Origin: an uncultured Candidatus Entotheonella sp.
GTDB lineage: Bacteria > Tectomicrobia > Entotheonellia > Entotheonellales > Entotheonellaceae
DNA: 64,000 nt
Direction: 5' to 3'
Assembly: GCA_965217185.1 (NCBI GenBank)
Contig: OZ244252.1
Span: forward strand, 2,048,001 to 2,112,000
Made by a program: the position numbers and the translations under genes
Part shown: positions 1 through 15,276 of the stretch, piece by piece
Layout of the letters: every line of letters starts with the position of its first letter
How positions within the stretch are numbered: the stretch's first letter is position 1
The notes under the pieces: generated by a model
The model's input: the letters and a program-made list of their open reading frames with translations, nothing else
What the model was told of the DNA's origin: nothing
The model's database searches: none

Positions 1-1206
1 AACGGCGCGGCTGTGCTCGCCGACCATGGGCGGCGGGTAGCGGAATCCCAAGGGGCAGGCGCTGGCCTTGGCGAATGGGCCCGGCAGGATCAGCGGTTCC
101 TCAAATGCGGCGTGCGGCACCTGCTGAAAGTAGTCGCGCGCCGCCAACTGCGGGTTGCCGTAAATGTCCCGCGGCGTGGCCACCGGAAACAGCAGGATGC
201 GCCGCGCCACTGCCCCGTCGAACAACTCCTGCTTGCTGTGGCTGCGCATGAAGCGCTCGACCACCGGCACGATGCGCTCCAGCATCTCGAGGCTGATGGT
301 GCCGTAGCCCCACTGGGTGAAATCCAGGCTCTCCAGGTAGGCGTCGCCCATGCCTTCCTCAGCCATCCACTGCACGAAGTTGTTGACGCTTGCGCCGGCC
401 CCGGCGCCGCCCGAGAACTGGAAGTTCACGAAGCCGTCGCGGCACGGCCACGTAATGCGCATGTAGGTGGTGGAACCCGTCTGCCGGTACGAGCCCTGGC
501 GCTTGATGATCCCGCCGTCCAGCGCGTAGCTCTGCGGCGCGTTGGCCAGCGCCCGGGTCACGGCTTCCTGGCACGACACGTCAACGTACTGCCCGGCGCC
601 GGTAAGCGTGCGGTGGGCATGCGCCAGCATCGCTCCGGTGGCCCCGGCGGCAGCCCCGTGCAGGTAGAAATGCGGAAAGCCGACGCGCACCGGCGGGCGG
701 TCCGGATCGCCCGTGACGTACATCAAGCCGGCCATGCCGATGCCGACCAAGTCCGGCGCCTGATAGCCGGCGTACGGACCCGACTGCCCGAACGGCGTAA
801 TGGACGTGACAATCAGCGAGGAATTGATGTCGGCGAGCTCGGCATAGCCAAGCCCCAGGGACGCCAGTTCTCCGGGGGGACCCGATTCCACCAGAAAGTC
901 GGCGGTCGGCAACAGGCGTTTCAGCAGCGCCTGCCCGTCGGCGGTGTGGAGATTGAGGGTGATGCTGCGTTTGTTGGCGGCGTAGGACCACCAGAAGAGG
1001 CTGCTGTCCGGCCCCGGCTCGTCTTGGTAGAAAGGGCCGATGCGCCGAGCGGAGTTGCCCCCCGGGGGTTCGATTTGGATCACGTCGGCGCCCAGGTCGG
1101 CGAGGATTTTGCCGCACAGGATGCCGCGCTCGTCGGTCAAGTCCAGGACGCGGTAGGGGCTCAGCATCCCTTCCCGGTCAGGATGACACGCCGACTCACT
1201 CGCCAC
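1..1206 (-). CDS. CaiB/BaiF family (class III) CoA-transferase; 3' end runs off the window
   Basis: Manual translation gives ([13 protein letters not shown])[37 protein letters not shown]...NKRSITLNL...[11 protein letters not shown]...GQYVDVS. Absent from the ORF track because the stop lies outside the window. Start is GTG 1206 or ATG 1167. Confidence 0.9.
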   Translation of the reverse strand, partial: MASESACHPDREGMLSPYRVLDLTDERGILCGKILADLGADVIQIEPPGGNSARRIGPFYQDEPGPDSSLFWWSYAANKRSITLNLHTADGQALLKRLLPTADFLVESGPPGELASLGLGYAELADINSSLIVTSITPFGQSGPYAGYQAPDLVGIGMAGLMYVTGDPDRPPVRVGFPHFYLHGAAAGATGAMLAHAHRTLTGAGQYVDVSCQEAVTRALANAPQSYALDGGIIKRQGSYRQTGSTTYMRITWPCRDGFVNFQFSGGAGAGASVNNFVQWMAEEGMGDAYLESLDFTQWGYGTISLEMLERIVPVVERFMRSHSKQELFDGAVARRILLFPVATPRDIYGNPQLAARDYFQQVPHAAFEEPLILPGPFAKASACPLGFRYPPPMVGEHSRAV

Positions 1207-2311
1207 GCCGCACCTCGACCACCGGACCCGGCACGCCGCACTGCCCTTGCTGGCGCAGGTAGTGGTCGGCCAGCACCAGGGCGATCATGGCCTCGACCAT
1301 GGGCACGGCGCGCGGCAGCACACACGGGTCGTGCCGTCCCTTGGCGGCCAGGGCGGCGGCCTCGCCGTCGTCGGTCACGGTCTCCTGTTCCTTGGCGATG
1401 GTGGCGGTGGGCTTGAAGGCGACGCGCATGAGCAGCGGTTCGCCGATGCTGATGCCGCCCTGCACGCCGCCGGAATGATTGGTGCGGGTGCGCACCTGGC
1501 CGTCGCGCATCTCGAACGGGTCGTTGTGGGCGCTGCCGGTCAGCGTGATGCCGCCGAACCCGGAGCCGATCTCAAAGCCCTTGGAGGCCGGCAGCGACAT
1601 CAGCCCCTTGGCCAAGTCCGCCTCCAGCTTGTCGAACACCGGCATGCCCCAGCCGGCGGGGACGCCGCGCGCTACCGCTTCCACCACGCCGCCGAGCGAA
1701 TCGCCCTGCCGGCGCGCCCAGTCGATGCGCTCGATCATGGCTTCGGCGCAGGCGGCGTCCGGGCAGCGGGCGATGTTCGCCTCCACCTGTTCCGACGTCA
1801 CCGTGCCGGGGTCCACCTCGGCTTGCAGGTGCTGGATTTGCTTGACGTAAGCAATCACCTCGGTGCCGAACCGCTCGCGCAGCAGCTTCTTGGCGATGGC
1901 CCCGGCCGCCACGCGCCCGATGGTCTCCCGCGCGCTGGCCCGGCCGCCGCCCTGCCAGTTGCGAATGCCGTACTTGGCGTCGTAGGCGTAATCGGCGTGC
2001 GAGGGCCGGTAGATGTGCTGGAAGGGCGCGTAGTGCTGCGGTTTGGCGTCGGTGTTGTGCACCAGAATGAGGATCGAGGTGCCGAGCGTTTGGCCCTCGA
2101 AGACGCCGGAGAGGATTTCGCACACGTCGCCTTCCTGGCGCTGCGTGGTGATGCGGCTCTGCCCCGGCCGCCGCCGGTCCAGCTCCACCTGGATGTCGTC
2201 CTGCGACAGTTCCAGACGTGGCGGACAGCCGTCCACGACCACGCCCACCGCGCCACCGTGCGACTCCCCCCACGTGGTGATGCGGAAGAGATGACCGAAG
2301 CTGTTTCCCAT
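1196..2311 (-). CDS. aroC: chorismate synthase
   Basis: [22 protein letters not shown] and GRHDPCV signature motifs. Confidence 0.97.
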   Translation of the reverse strand: MGNSFGHLFRITTWGESHGGAVGVVVDGCPPRLELSQDDIQVELDRRRPGQSRITTQRQEGDVCEILSGVFEGQTLGTSILILVHNTDAKPQHYAPFQHIYRPSHADYAYDAKYGIRNWQGGGRASARETIGRVAAGAIAKKLLRERFGTEVIAYVKQIQHLQAEVDPGTVTSEQVEANIARCPDAACAEAMIERIDWARRQGDSLGGVVEAVARGVPAGWGMPVFDKLEADLAKGLMSLPASKGFEIGSGFGGITLTGSAHNDPFEMRDGQVRTRTNHSGGVQGGISIGEPLLMRVAFKPTATIAKEQETVTDDGEAAALAAKGRHDPCVLPRAVPMVEAMIALVLADHYLRQQGQCGVPGPVVEVRRGE

Positions 2312-2684
2312 GGATTGCCGTTTCCTTGCGATCAGGCAGGCTGTAATGGTGTGTCGATGGATGGATAACGAGGCGGCATTGTATCCGCACGCCCTGGGCC
2401 GCGCAAGCCGTCGGCGCGCCCCAAACCGAATAAGAAGGAGTGGGGCTTTGTGCCGGACAGTGCCCTGAAACTTGATTCAGTTGGAACGCCGAAGGGGCTT
2501 TGAAAGGGCGCCAGTAGGGTGCTACTGTGCTGAAGGGTACATTGTTGACCTCGTTGAGCTCTCTACGATGGATCGGGTGGACAACTGTCATCCTGCAATT
2601 TGATGGCAACATCCTGGAACCTTCCTCATCTTGTACAGAGCCGAGCTAAGACTCGCCGAAAATGACTGAAGCCAACAACGGAAC

Positions 2685-5600
2685 ATGAAACTGGAAGACC
2701 TGCAAACCAACGCTGCGGTGCGCGGCATTCTGCCCGACGGCCTGGTGACGGTTGTCAGCGTGCAATGGTTCGGCTCCGAGGCGCTCGAGCTGACCTACAA
2801 GACGCCCACCGGCAAAGTCGCCAATGAGCTTCTGTATCGTGATGCCGAACAACGGCTTGAGTTGGCCGAGGTCGGTCGGCCGTGGAGTTTCGACGGCGAC
2901 GGCGCCCTGTTCCGCCTGGTCTCCGAGGCACAGCGGATTCGCCTCGCGCATCTCTTCGACCCGGTGCTCGCCGTGCACACCTCAGAGGTCGAGCCGCTGC
3001 CGCACCAGATCACCGCGGTGTACGAATCCATGCTGCCGAGGCAGCCGCTTCGGTTCTTGCTGGCCGACGACCCGGGCGCCGGCAAGACCATCATGGCGGG
3101 GTTGCTCATCAAGGAATTGATCGCGCGCGGCGATCTTCAGCGCTGCCTGGTGGTCTGTCCCGGCAGTCTGGCGGAGCAGTGGCAGGACGAGCTGTACCGG
3201 CGCTTCAACCTGCCGTTCGAGATTCTGACCAACGACAAGCTCGAAGCCGCTCGCACCGGCAACTGGTTTCTGGAGACCCCTCTCGTCATTGCCCGCCTGG
3301 ACAAGCTCTCCCGCAACGAAGACGTCCAGCACAAGCTGCAAGCGCCGGAGGCCGGCTGGGACCTGATCGTGTGCGACGAAGCCCACAAGATGTCGGCCAC
3401 GTTCTTTGGCGGCGAGATCAAATACACCAAGCGCTATCGGCTCGGGCAACTGCTGTCGAGCCTGACGCGCCACTTTCTGTTGATGACGGCGACCCCGCAC
3501 AACGGCAAGGAAGCGGACTTTCAGCTCTTCATGGCGCTCATTGACGGCGACCGCTTCGAGGGCCGGTTCCGCGACGGCGTACACGCCGCCGACGTCTCCG
3601 ATCTGCTGCGCCGCATGGTGAAAGAGAAACTGCTCAAATTTGACGGCGCGCCGCTGTTTCCAGAGCGCATCGCGTACACGGTTCCGTATCAGCTGTCGGC
3701 GGCGGAGGCCAGTCTCTACAAGGCGGTCACCGAGCTACGTGCGCGAGGAGTTCAACCGTGCCGAGGCGCTGCAGAACGACAGGCGCGCCGGCACCGTTGG
3801 GTTCGCGTTGACGATCCTGCAACGCCGCTTGGCGTCTTCGCCTGAGGCCATCTACCAGTCGCTGCGCCGCCGCCGCGAACGGCTGGAAAGCCAGTTGCGG
3901 AAGCTCGAGGTGCTACAGCAGGGTGGCCGCGCCGCGCTTGAGTTCACTGCGGCACCGGCGTTCGACCTGGAGGATGTCGAGGCCCTCGACGAGGCGCCGG
4001 ATAACGAAGTCTTGGCCGCCGAGGAAGCCGTCCTCGATCAGGCGACGGCGGCGCAATCCATGGCCGAGCTCAGGGCAGAGATCGATACCCTCAAGAGACT
4101 GGAATGCCTGGCACTCGACGTACGCCGCAGCGGTACGGATACCAAATGGCGGGAATTGGCGAGCCTGCTCGGCGAAATCTTCACCGCCGCCGGGCTCGCC
4201 GGCCAGGTCGCGGAGGCGGACGTCCCCTATGGCGCCGGTCCGATTCCCCGGCCGGTCTCGTCGCCGCGGCAAAAGCTGGTCCTGTTCACCGAGCACCGGG
4301 ACACGCTGAGCTATCTGCACGATCGCATCACGACCCTGCTCGGACGCGCCGAGTCCACCGTGCTGATTCACGGCGGCATGGGTCGCGAGGCCCGGCTCAA
4401 GGCGCAGGAAGCCTTCCGGCACGATCCCCAGGTGCAGGTGCTGCTGGCGACCGATGCCGCCGGCGAAGGCATCAACCTGCAGCGCGCGCACCTGATGGTG
4501 AACTACGACCTGCCCTGGAATCCCAACCGCCTGGAGCAGCGCTTCGGACGCATTCACCGCATCGGCCAGACCGAGGTGTGCCACCTGTGGAACCTTGTTG
4601 CCGACGGCACCCGCGAGGGCGACGTCTATCGCAGGCTGCTCGACAAGCTGGAACAGGCGCGCGAAGCCCTGGGCGGGCAGGTGTTCGACGTCCTCGGCAA
4701 GCTCCAATTCGAGGGGCGCCCGCTGCGGGAACTCCTGGTGGAGGCGATACGCTACGGCGAACAACCGGAGGTTCGCGCTCGCCTCGACACCGCCATGGAC
4801 AACACACTCGAGCGCGGCAAGCTCCAGGCCCTGCTGGAAGAAGGCGCCCTGGCTCAAGACGCCATGGATGCCAGGCGCGTGCACCGTATCCGCGAAGACA
4901 TGGAGCGCGCCGAAGCCCAGCGGCTGCAGCCGCATTACGTCGAGTCCTTCTTCCGGCAGGCGTTTCAAGGGCTGGGCGGCGCGGTCCGGCAGCGCGAGTC
5001 GCGGCGTTACGAGATCACCCACGTGCCGGCACCGGTGCGAAACCGGGACCGGCTCCATCGGCATCGGCGCCCCCGTGCTCCCCCGTTACGAGCGCATTGC
5101 GTTCGACAAATCGCTGGTTGCGCCCCAGGGACAACCGCTGGCGGCTTTCGTCTGCCCCGGTCACCCATTGCTCGACGCCGTCATCGACCTGACGCTGGAA
5201 CGTCACCGCGACCTGCTGAAACGGGGCGCCGTGTTGGTGGACGACCGTGACGACGGCATCGAGCCGCGCGTGCTGTTCTACCTCGAACACGCCATCCAGG
5301 ATGCCGGCCTGACGCGCTCCGGGGAGCGCCGGGTGATCTCCAGGCGCATGCTGTACGTGGAACTCGAAGCCGACGGCGCGGCGCGCCACCTGCGCTATGC
5401 GCCCTATCTCGACTATCGGCCGCTGGCTGCCGACGATCCCGCACTGGACCGCATCCTTGACCGCTCCGAGTGCGCCTGGATCGACCGCGACATGGAAGCG
5501 AAGGCGCAGGGCTATGCGATTGCCAAGGTAGTCCCGGAGCATCTGGCCGAGGTGCGTGACGCCAGGCTGACCCTGATCGCCAAGACCGAGGCCGCGGTGC

Positions 5601-6264
5601 AGGACCGCCTCACCAAGGAGATCGCCTACTGGGATCACCGGGCCGAGCAGCTCAAACTGCAGGAGCAGGCCGGCAAAACCGGCGCCCGCCTCAATTCAGG
5701 CGAGGCGCGCCGGCGCGCCGACAACTTGCAGGCGCGGCTGCGCAAGCGGCTCGTGGAGTTGCAGCTCGAGGCGCAGATTTCGCCATTGCCCCCCGTGGTG
5801 CTGGGCGGCGTCCTGGTGATCCCGAAAGGGCTCATCGACGCCATGGCCGGCCGGCAATCGGCGGGCGCTGCGGTGGCGGCCATCGACACGCAGGCGTCCG
5901 CGGCCCGGGCACGGGCCATCATCATGGAAGTCGAGCGGGTCTTGGCTACGAACCCAGCGATCGCGAGTTCGAGAAACTGGGCTACGACATTGAAAGCCGG
6001 GTACCGGACACCGGCAAGCTGCGCTTCATCGAGGTCAAGGGGCGGGCCAGCGGCGCGGCGACGATTACGGTGACGCGCAACGAGATCCTGTACTCGCTGA
6101 ACAAACCCGAGGACTTCATCCTGGGGATCGTCGAGTTCGTGGAGGACGGCTCGCACCAGGTCCATTATGTTCGCCAACCCTTCCAGCGCGAGCCGGACTT
6201 CGGGGTGACCAGCGTCAACTACGACTTCGCGGAGCTGCTGGCGCGAGCGCAACCGCCGTCCTAA
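2685..6264 (+). pseudogene. SNF2-family helicase with C-terminal DUF3883 (PD-(D/E)xK-like) domain, broken by three 1-nt frameshifts (real or sequencing errors)
   Basis: [41 protein letters not shown], and GYDIES...FIEVKGR at the C-terminus. Frame changes near 3735, 5056 and 5938. Confidence 0.85.
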
Positions 6265-6297
6265 AGTCAGTGATGTTATGCGGCCTTGAGGGATTAT

Positions 6298-6402
6298 GTA
6301 GGTCGGATTAGCCGCCAGGCGTAATCCGACGATTCCGATTTTTTGGCATGGCGGCGTTTTCGCAGCGGAAATGTCGGATTACGCTTCGCTAATCCGACCT
6401 AC
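6298..6402. repeat. inverted pair of GTAG-type REP palindromes (REPIN/BIME-like)
   Basis: gtaggtcggattagccgccaggcgtaatccgac (6298-6330) and gtcggattacgcttcgctaatccgacctac (6373-6402). Confidence 0.85.
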
Positions 6403-6488
6403 AGGAAAGGCCGAAACACGCCCGGCGCCTTGAGACGAATTACCAAGCGCGTAATGTCACTGAAGTAACCGGCACGAGAAAGGTTGAC

Positions 6489-9400
6489 ATGACGACTCGG
6501 AAGAAGCTGATCGAAGTCGCGCTGCCCCTTGACGCCATCAACAAGGCATCGGCGCGTGAGAAGTCGATCCGCCACGGCCACCCCAGCACGCTGCATCTGT
6601 GGTGGGCGCGCCGGCCATTGGCGGCAGCGCGGGCCGTCATCTTTGCGCAGATGGTCGACGACCCGTCCGCCTACGAGCCCGATGAAGCGATCGCCGAACG
6701 CGAGCGCAAGCGGCTGTTTGCGATCTTGGAGGACCTGGTGCTGTGGGAGAACACCACCAACGAGGCGGTGTTGCAGCGTGCCCGGGACGCCATCTGGCAG
6801 AGCTGGCGGCGGACCTGCGCGGCGAACGCCGACCATCCCCGCGCCAGGGAGCTCTTTGACCCCGACAAGCTGCCCGCATTCCACGACCCGTTCGCCGGCG
6901 GCGGTGCGCTGCCGCTGGAGGCGCAGCGGCTCGGTCTCGAGAGCCACGCGAGCGACCTGAACCCGGTGGCGGTGTTGATCAACAAGGCGATGATCGAAAT
7001 ACCGCCGAGGTTCGCCGGAAGACATCCTGTCAACATGGAATACCTGGGGGATCGAGGGCATCCTGCCCTCGTGGAGGGCGGGACGCCCTCCCTCCTGCGC
7101 GGCGCGCGCGGCTTGGCCGCGGACGTGCGCTACTACGGCCAGTGGATGCGGGACCAGGCCGAGGAGCGCATCGGGTGGCTCTACCCGAAGATCGGGGTGA
7201 CGGCCGAGATGGCGCAGGCGCGGCCCGACCTCAAACCGTATGTCGATAAAGAACTCACGGTGATCGCCTGGCTGTGGGCACGTACGGTGAAGAGTCCGAA
7301 CCCGGCCTTCGCGCAGGTGGAGGTGCCGCTTGCGTCGACCTTCATGCTCTCGACCAAGAAGGGAAAGGAGGCGTATGTCGAGCCGGTGATCGAGAACGGC
7401 GGTTACCGCTTTACGGTGAAGGTGGGCGAGCCGGAGGATGCCGAGGCGGCGAAGGCGGGGACGAAGCTTGCACGCGGGCCGAATTTCCGGTGCCTGATGT
7501 CGGGAACGCCGATGGACGGCGACTATATCAAGGGCGAGGGGAAGGCTGGCCGCATGGGCGCGCGGCTGATGGCTATTGTCGCAGAGGGGGATGGTGGAAG
7601 AGTCTACTTGCCGCCGACCGCGGAGCATGAAGAGTCCGCGCGGAAGGCGGTTCCCGAGTGGCAACCGGAGTTGAACATGCCTCGCGACCGCCGTTGGTTC
7701 TCGCCGCCGCTCTACGGACTTCCGACGTACGGCGACCTCTTCACCCCTCGCCAGCTCGTCGCCCTGACGACATTCTCGGATTTGGTTACGGAAGCGATGG
7801 ATCGCGTCAAGAACGATTACCTGGGCGGGAGGGCGTCTCGCCCTCCTTATCGAGGGCAAGATGCCCTCCCGCCCGGTCCCGATCCAAAGGCCGTCAACAC
7901 AACCGGCGTCGCGCCGTCCAGCTCATACCACCGCACTCACCTGCCGCATTTTGAGGCCGGGGCAGTACCGCAACACATCTGTTTCAGGCTAGCGGATAGC
8001 CTGCCTCAGTCTCTGCTCCAACAATGGGACGATGAACTACGGCGGCTCCCAGAAACGCAGCAAAGAAACCAGATCGAGGGCAAGATGCCCTCGTTCCTGA
8101 GACGCCAGCGGATCGAAGCTGAGCTTGACCAAGGACATGGCACCTGCTGGTTAAACCACCCTGAGATCGCGGCCTTGGTACGCGATGCGCTGCGGTACTT
8201 CGGTGGCGAACGATATCACCTGCATGGGTGGGTCATCATGCCCAATCACGTCCACGTCCTTGTCACCCTGCGGGACGATTACTCCTTGTCTGGCGTCGTG
8301 CATTCGTGGAAGTCCTACACCGCACAGCGGGCCAACAAAATACTGGGGCGGAATGGCGCGTTTTGGTATGTGGACTATTTTGATCGGTTCATACGGAACG
8401 AAAAGCACTTCGCGACGACGCTTGATTACATCCATTGGAATCCAGTGAAGGCCGGCTTGTGTGCGGAGCCAAGCGATTGGAAATGGAGCAGCTACCGGGA
8501 GCAAGGGCAGGAACGAGGGCATCTTGCCCTCGATAAGGAGGGCGAGACGCCCTCCCTCCCAGGGCTGACCTCGGCCCCGGTTGAGGACGAGCGGCCCCTG
8601 CGCGATGGCGGTGCCGGCGTGACCGCGTATGCTGAGGCGGTGGGGGTGTATCTGGGCATTGCCCTCAGTCGGTTGACTGATATCTGCAATGCGCTGTGTC
8701 GTTGGGAAATCACGAAGACACAGGTGCGCAATCTGTTTGGTCGCCAAGCAATTCCAATGATCTGGGATTTTGCTGAGAATAACGTGTTCGGTGATGTCGC
8801 TGGCGACTACATGGTGAGTCTCCAGAACATGACGAAGGCGCTCGATCGGATGCCTACGCGTGGACATGGCGCGGGGAGCCAGGACGATGCCCAGACGCAG
8901 ACTGCCAGTGTGGACAAGATTATTTCTACCGACCCGCCCTATTACGACAACATCGGCTACGCTGATCTGTCCGACTTCTTCTATGTCTGGCTGCGCCGTT
9001 CCCTGAGATCAGCTTTCCCCGACCTTTTCGCTACGCTCGCGGTGCCGAAAGCCCAAGAGTTGGTGGCCACGCCCTATCGTCACGGAAGCAAAGAGAAAGC
9101 CGAGGCCTTCTTTCTCGACGGGATGACACTGGCCGTGCAGAGCCTCGCTGAGCAGGCGCATCCTGGGTTCCCGGTCACCATCTACTACGCCTTCAAGCAA
9201 TCGGAAACGAAAGGGGATGCCGGCACGGTCAGCACCGGCTGGGAGACGTTCCTGGACGCGGTTATCAAGGCCGGGTTCGCGATCACCGGTACTTGGCCGA
9301 TGCGTACCGAGCTTGCCAACCGGATGACCGGCGCCGATACCAACGCCCTTGCTTCCAGCATCGTCCTGGTCTGCCGCCAGCGTCCTGCAGACGCGCCCTT

Positions 9401-10121
9401 GGCCACCCGCCGCGACTTCGTCACCGCGCTGAAAACCGAACTGCCGCCAGCGCTCGCACACTTGCAGCGCGGCAACATCGCCCCCGTCGATCTCGCCCAG
9501 GCCGCCATCGGCCCCGGCATGGCTATCTACACCCGCTACGCCAAGGTGCTCGATACCCATGGCAAGCCGCTACCCGTACGCGATGCCCTGGCGCTGATCA
9601 ACCAGACGCTCGACGAAGTATTGGCCGAGCAGGAAGGCGACTTCGACGCCGACACCCGCTGGGCCCTCGCCTGGTTCGAGAATTCCGGCTTCGACGACGG
9701 CGATTACGGCGTTGCCGAGACACTTTCCAAGGCGAAGAACACCAGCGTGGGCGGCTTGGTTGAAGCAGGGATTCTCGCCTCGAAGGGCGGCAAAGTCCGA
9801 CTGTTGAAGCCCGATGAATTACCCGGCGACTGGAACCCGGCCACCGACCCGAGGCTGACCGCCTGGGAGACGGTCCACCACCTGGTCCGCACCCTGGAAT
9901 CCGGCGGCGAAAGCGCCGCGGCCCAGTTGACCGCCGCGCTCGGCGCCACAGCCGAGACCGCCCGCGAGTTGTGCTACCGCCTCTACACCCTGTGCGAACG
10001 CAAGAAACGTGCAGCCGAGGCGCTGTCGTACAATGCCTTGGTGCAAAGCTGGCCGGAAATCGCCCGCCTGGCGCAAGAGCGGAAGTCCGAAGCGACACAA
10101 GCTACCCTCTTCCCAGGGTAA
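6489..10121 (+). CDS. DUF1156-family adenine DNA methyltransferase with an in-frame RAYT transposase insertion
   Basis: [10 protein letters not shown]...[11 protein letters not shown] (DUF1156), DPFAGGG (motif I), TDPPYY (motif IV); uninterrupted 1210-aa ORF. Confidence 0.92.
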   Translation: MTTRKKLIEVALPLDAINKASAREKSIRHGHPSTLHLWWARRPLAAARAVIFAQMVDDPSAYEPDEAIAERERKRLFAILEDLVLWENTTNEAVLQRARDAIWQSWRRTCAANADHPRARELFDPDKLPAFHDPFAGGGALPLEAQRLGLESHASDLNPVAVLINKAMIEIPPRFAGRHPVNMEYLGDRGHPALVEGGTPSLLRGARGLAADVRYYGQWMRDQAEERIGWLYPKIGVTAEMAQARPDLKPYVDKELTVIAWLWARTVKSPNPAFAQVEVPLASTFMLSTKKGKEAYVEPVIENGGYRFTVKVGEPEDAEAAKAGTKLARGPNFRCLMSGTPMDGDYIKGEGKAGRMGARLMAIVAEGDGGRVYLPPTAEHEESARKAVPEWQPELNMPRDRRWFSPPLYGLPTYGDLFTPRQLVALTTFSDLVTEAMDRVKNDYLGGRASRPPYRGQDALPPGPDPKAVNTTGVAPSSSYHRTHLPHFEAGAVPQHICFRLADSLPQSLLQQWDDELRRLPETQQRNQIEGKMPSFLRRQRIEAELDQGHGTCWLNHPEIAALVRDALRYFGGERYHLHGWVIMPNHVHVLVTLRDDYSLSGVVHSWKSYTAQRANKILGRNGAFWYVDYFDRFIRNEKHFATTLDYIHWNPVKAGLCAEPSDWKWSSYREQGQERGHLALDKEGETPSLPGLTSAPVEDERPLRDGGAGVTAYAEAVGVYLGIALSRLTDICNALCRWEITKTQVRNLFGRQAIPMIWDFAENNVFGDVAGDYMVSLQNMTKALDRMPTRGHGAGSQDDAQTQTASVDKIISTDPPYYDNIGYADLSDFFYVWLRRSLRSAFPDLFATLAVPKAQELVATPYRHGSKEKAEAFFLDGMTLAVQSLAEQAHPGFPVTIYYAFKQSETKGDAGTVSTGWETFLDAVIKAGFAITGTWPMRTELANRMTGADTNALASSIVLVCRQRPADAPLATRRDFVTALKTELPPALAHLQRGNIAPVDLAQAAIGPGMAIYTRYAKVLDTHGKPLPVRDALALINQTLDEVLAEQEGDFDADTRWALAWFENSGFDDGDYGVAETLSKAKNTSVGGLVEAGILASKGGKVRLLKPDELPGDWNPATDPRLTAWETVHHLVRTLESGGESAAAQLTAALGATAETARELCYRLYTLCERKKRAAEALSYNALVQSWPEIARLAQERKSEATQATLFPG
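7043..7095 (+). repeat. double-hairpin REP-like element translated in frame inside the methyltransferase
   Basis: cgagggcatcctgccctcg and ggagggcgggacgccctcc hairpins; same family as the repeats at 7820-7868 and 8515-8563. Confidence 0.8.
7820..8563 (+). mobile_element. RAYT (IS200/Y1 HUH tyrosine transposase) module bounded by 49-bp inverted REP repeats; 744 bp, in frame
   Basis: HLPHF...[17 protein letters not shown] (HUH), WKSYTA, [19 protein letters not shown] (catalytic Tyr), WKWSS. Inverted repeats 7820-7868 and 8515-8563 differ at one position. Confidence 0.9.
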
Positions 10122-10146
10122 GCGCTTATGGCAGCAGCATCGGAAT

Positions 10147-10178
10147 GCCGGTTACGCCTTGCGGCTAACCCGACCGAC
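10147..10178. repeat. degenerate GTAG-type REP
   Basis: gccggttacgccttgcggctaacccgaccgac resembles the reverse complement of the 41666-41696 copy. Confidence 0.6.
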
Positions 10179-10249
10179 ATCCTCTGGAAGGTGGCAACGA
10201 CGCTTTCGAGCGTCGTGGCCGGAAGGACGGATTTTAAGCGAGTTACGAC

Positions 10250-11545
10250 ATGAATCGAACCGATCTGGCCGAGCTGATTCACCATGGCGAGAACTCCGGC
10301 GTCGAGTTCAAGCGCGACGACGTGACGCCTGCGAGGCTGGCCAAGGAGATGGCCGCTATGCTCAACCTCGAGGGTGGCCATATTTTGCTGGGGGTCGAGA
10401 AGGACCGGAGCGTCTCGGGCTTGACCAGAGAGCACGAGCAGGCCGAGGAGGGGGTGATGGAGGTCGCGCGCATGCACCTCCGGCCGGCGGCAATTCCATT
10501 CTGGGAAACGTTGGACTGGGGCGAAGGGAAGACCGTGGGGATTATCTCTCTTCCGGCCGACGCACCCGACAAACCGTACAAGTGCAGGCGCGGCTCGGCG
10601 TGGGTCACCCAAATCCGCGCAGGCACGACGTCGCGCGACGCGACCGACGAAGAGGAAGCGCGTCTGTACATGCAGTCGGGACGGCTGCAGTACGACCGCA
10701 AGCCCGTCCCCGGCGCCAGTTTGCTTGATTTCGACATGCGCCGGCTCCTGAATTACTTCCGCGACGTGCGTCGGCAAACCTGCCCGCCTGTGGAGGACCG
10801 CGAGGCCTGGACGAGGCTGCTTGTCAACACCGACTTCATGTACGAGGATCGCGGCCGCCCGCTGCCGAGCGCAGGGGGGCTGCTGCTCTTCGGCGTACGG
10901 GCGCAGAAGTACCTGCCGCAGGCCGGAATCAGCGCGGTCGCCTACACCGGGAGCGAAAAGGACTACGATGCCAGGGAGCGAGCGGTGCTGCGAGGCGCTG
11001 TGGTCTCTCTGTTCCCCGAGCCGCTTGCCGAAATGGGGCAGGCATATCCGGGCTTGCCGCCAACCTTTTCGGAAGCCGGCCGCGCCGTCGAGTCGGGGGT
11101 TATCGAGCAGGCGATGGATTTCGTCCGCCGCAATATCACGATTGCAGCCTCGATCGACAACGGAGGGCGGCGGGTGGAGCGCTGGGACTATCCAATCGAG
11201 GCGGTCCGCGAGGCCATCGTGAACGCCGTGGCACACCGCGACTACACCATTAGCGTGATGGACATCGAACTCTCGATCTATTCGGACCGCCTGGAGATCA
11301 TCTCTCCCGGTCGTTTGCCAAACACGGTCACCGTAGACAAGATGCGCGCGGGTTATCGCGCTTCGCGGAACGAGCTGATCAAGGAGGTATTGCGCGACTA
11401 CCGGTACGTTGAAGCCACCGGTTTGGGCGTGCCGCGTAAGATCATCGCGGGTATGCGGGAGCACAATGGCACCGAACCCGACCTCGTCGAGGAAGAGAGT
11501 CGATTCATCGTGCGCCTGTGGAAGCACCCTCATAACACCCCGTGA
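10250..11545 (+). CDS. AlbA_2 (Schlafen-like) domain + HATPase_c_4 protein ('RecG-like' ATP-binding protein)
   Basis: GENSGVEFKRD, AMLNLEGGHILLGV, REAIVNAVAHRDY, EIISPG, GLGVP. Confidence 0.88.
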   Translation: MNRTDLAELIHHGENSGVEFKRDDVTPARLAKEMAAMLNLEGGHILLGVEKDRSVSGLTREHEQAEEGVMEVARMHLRPAAIPFWETLDWGEGKTVGIISLPADAPDKPYKCRRGSAWVTQIRAGTTSRDATDEEEARLYMQSGRLQYDRKPVPGASLLDFDMRRLLNYFRDVRRQTCPPVEDREAWTRLLVNTDFMYEDRGRPLPSAGGLLLFGVRAQKYLPQAGISAVAYTGSEKDYDARERAVLRGAVVSLFPEPLAEMGQAYPGLPPTFSEAGRAVESGVIEQAMDFVRRNITIAASIDNGGRRVERWDYPIEAVREAIVNAVAHRDYTISVMDIELSIYSDRLEIISPGRLPNTVTVDKMRAGYRASRNELIKEVLRDYRYVEATGLGVPRKIIAGMREHNGTEPDLVEEESRFIVRLWKHPHNTP

Positions 11546-11574
11546 CCGGTCGGTCGCCTGGAAGGAGAGACAAC

Positions 11575-14910
<3,336 letters not shown>

Positions 14911-15276
14911 GTCTAGGCAGGATGGTCCGCCACACTGCCGGCTGACCCTGAGCGTTTGGTTCCCAATCCGAATGCAATCCAGTGGATACCTCCTCCGCAA
15001 AGGGTCAGGCGTCCACGAAATTAGGCCAACCCCGCCTTTTGTACCAAGCTGCGGCCCATAAAAAACGCCTTGACGCCGCCGCTGGCACTCTGATACGGTT
15101 CCCGGCGAACTTTGGCTCCGGGCAGTGGATTGATTTGCGGCATATTGCAACCACTCTAAAAAAAGTGCTAAAAAGCTTGGGCTCTCCCGAAGACTTTCAA
15201 CCCCCCGATCTTGATGGCACCCTGACCCATCCACCGCATATCGTCTCCGCAAGTCCGGTTTGAACAACAACGCCTT

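Noticed and set aside
13..1416. 467-aa plus-strand ORF
   Set aside because: Antisense shadow of the CoA-transferase/aroC genes; no recognisable motifs, as is typical of high-GC DNA.
7820..8563. Intein interpretation of the methylase insertion
   Set aside because: No N-terminal Cys/Ser or C-terminal His-Asn splice motifs and no LAGLIDADG; the insert is HUH/Y1 with DNA inverted repeats.
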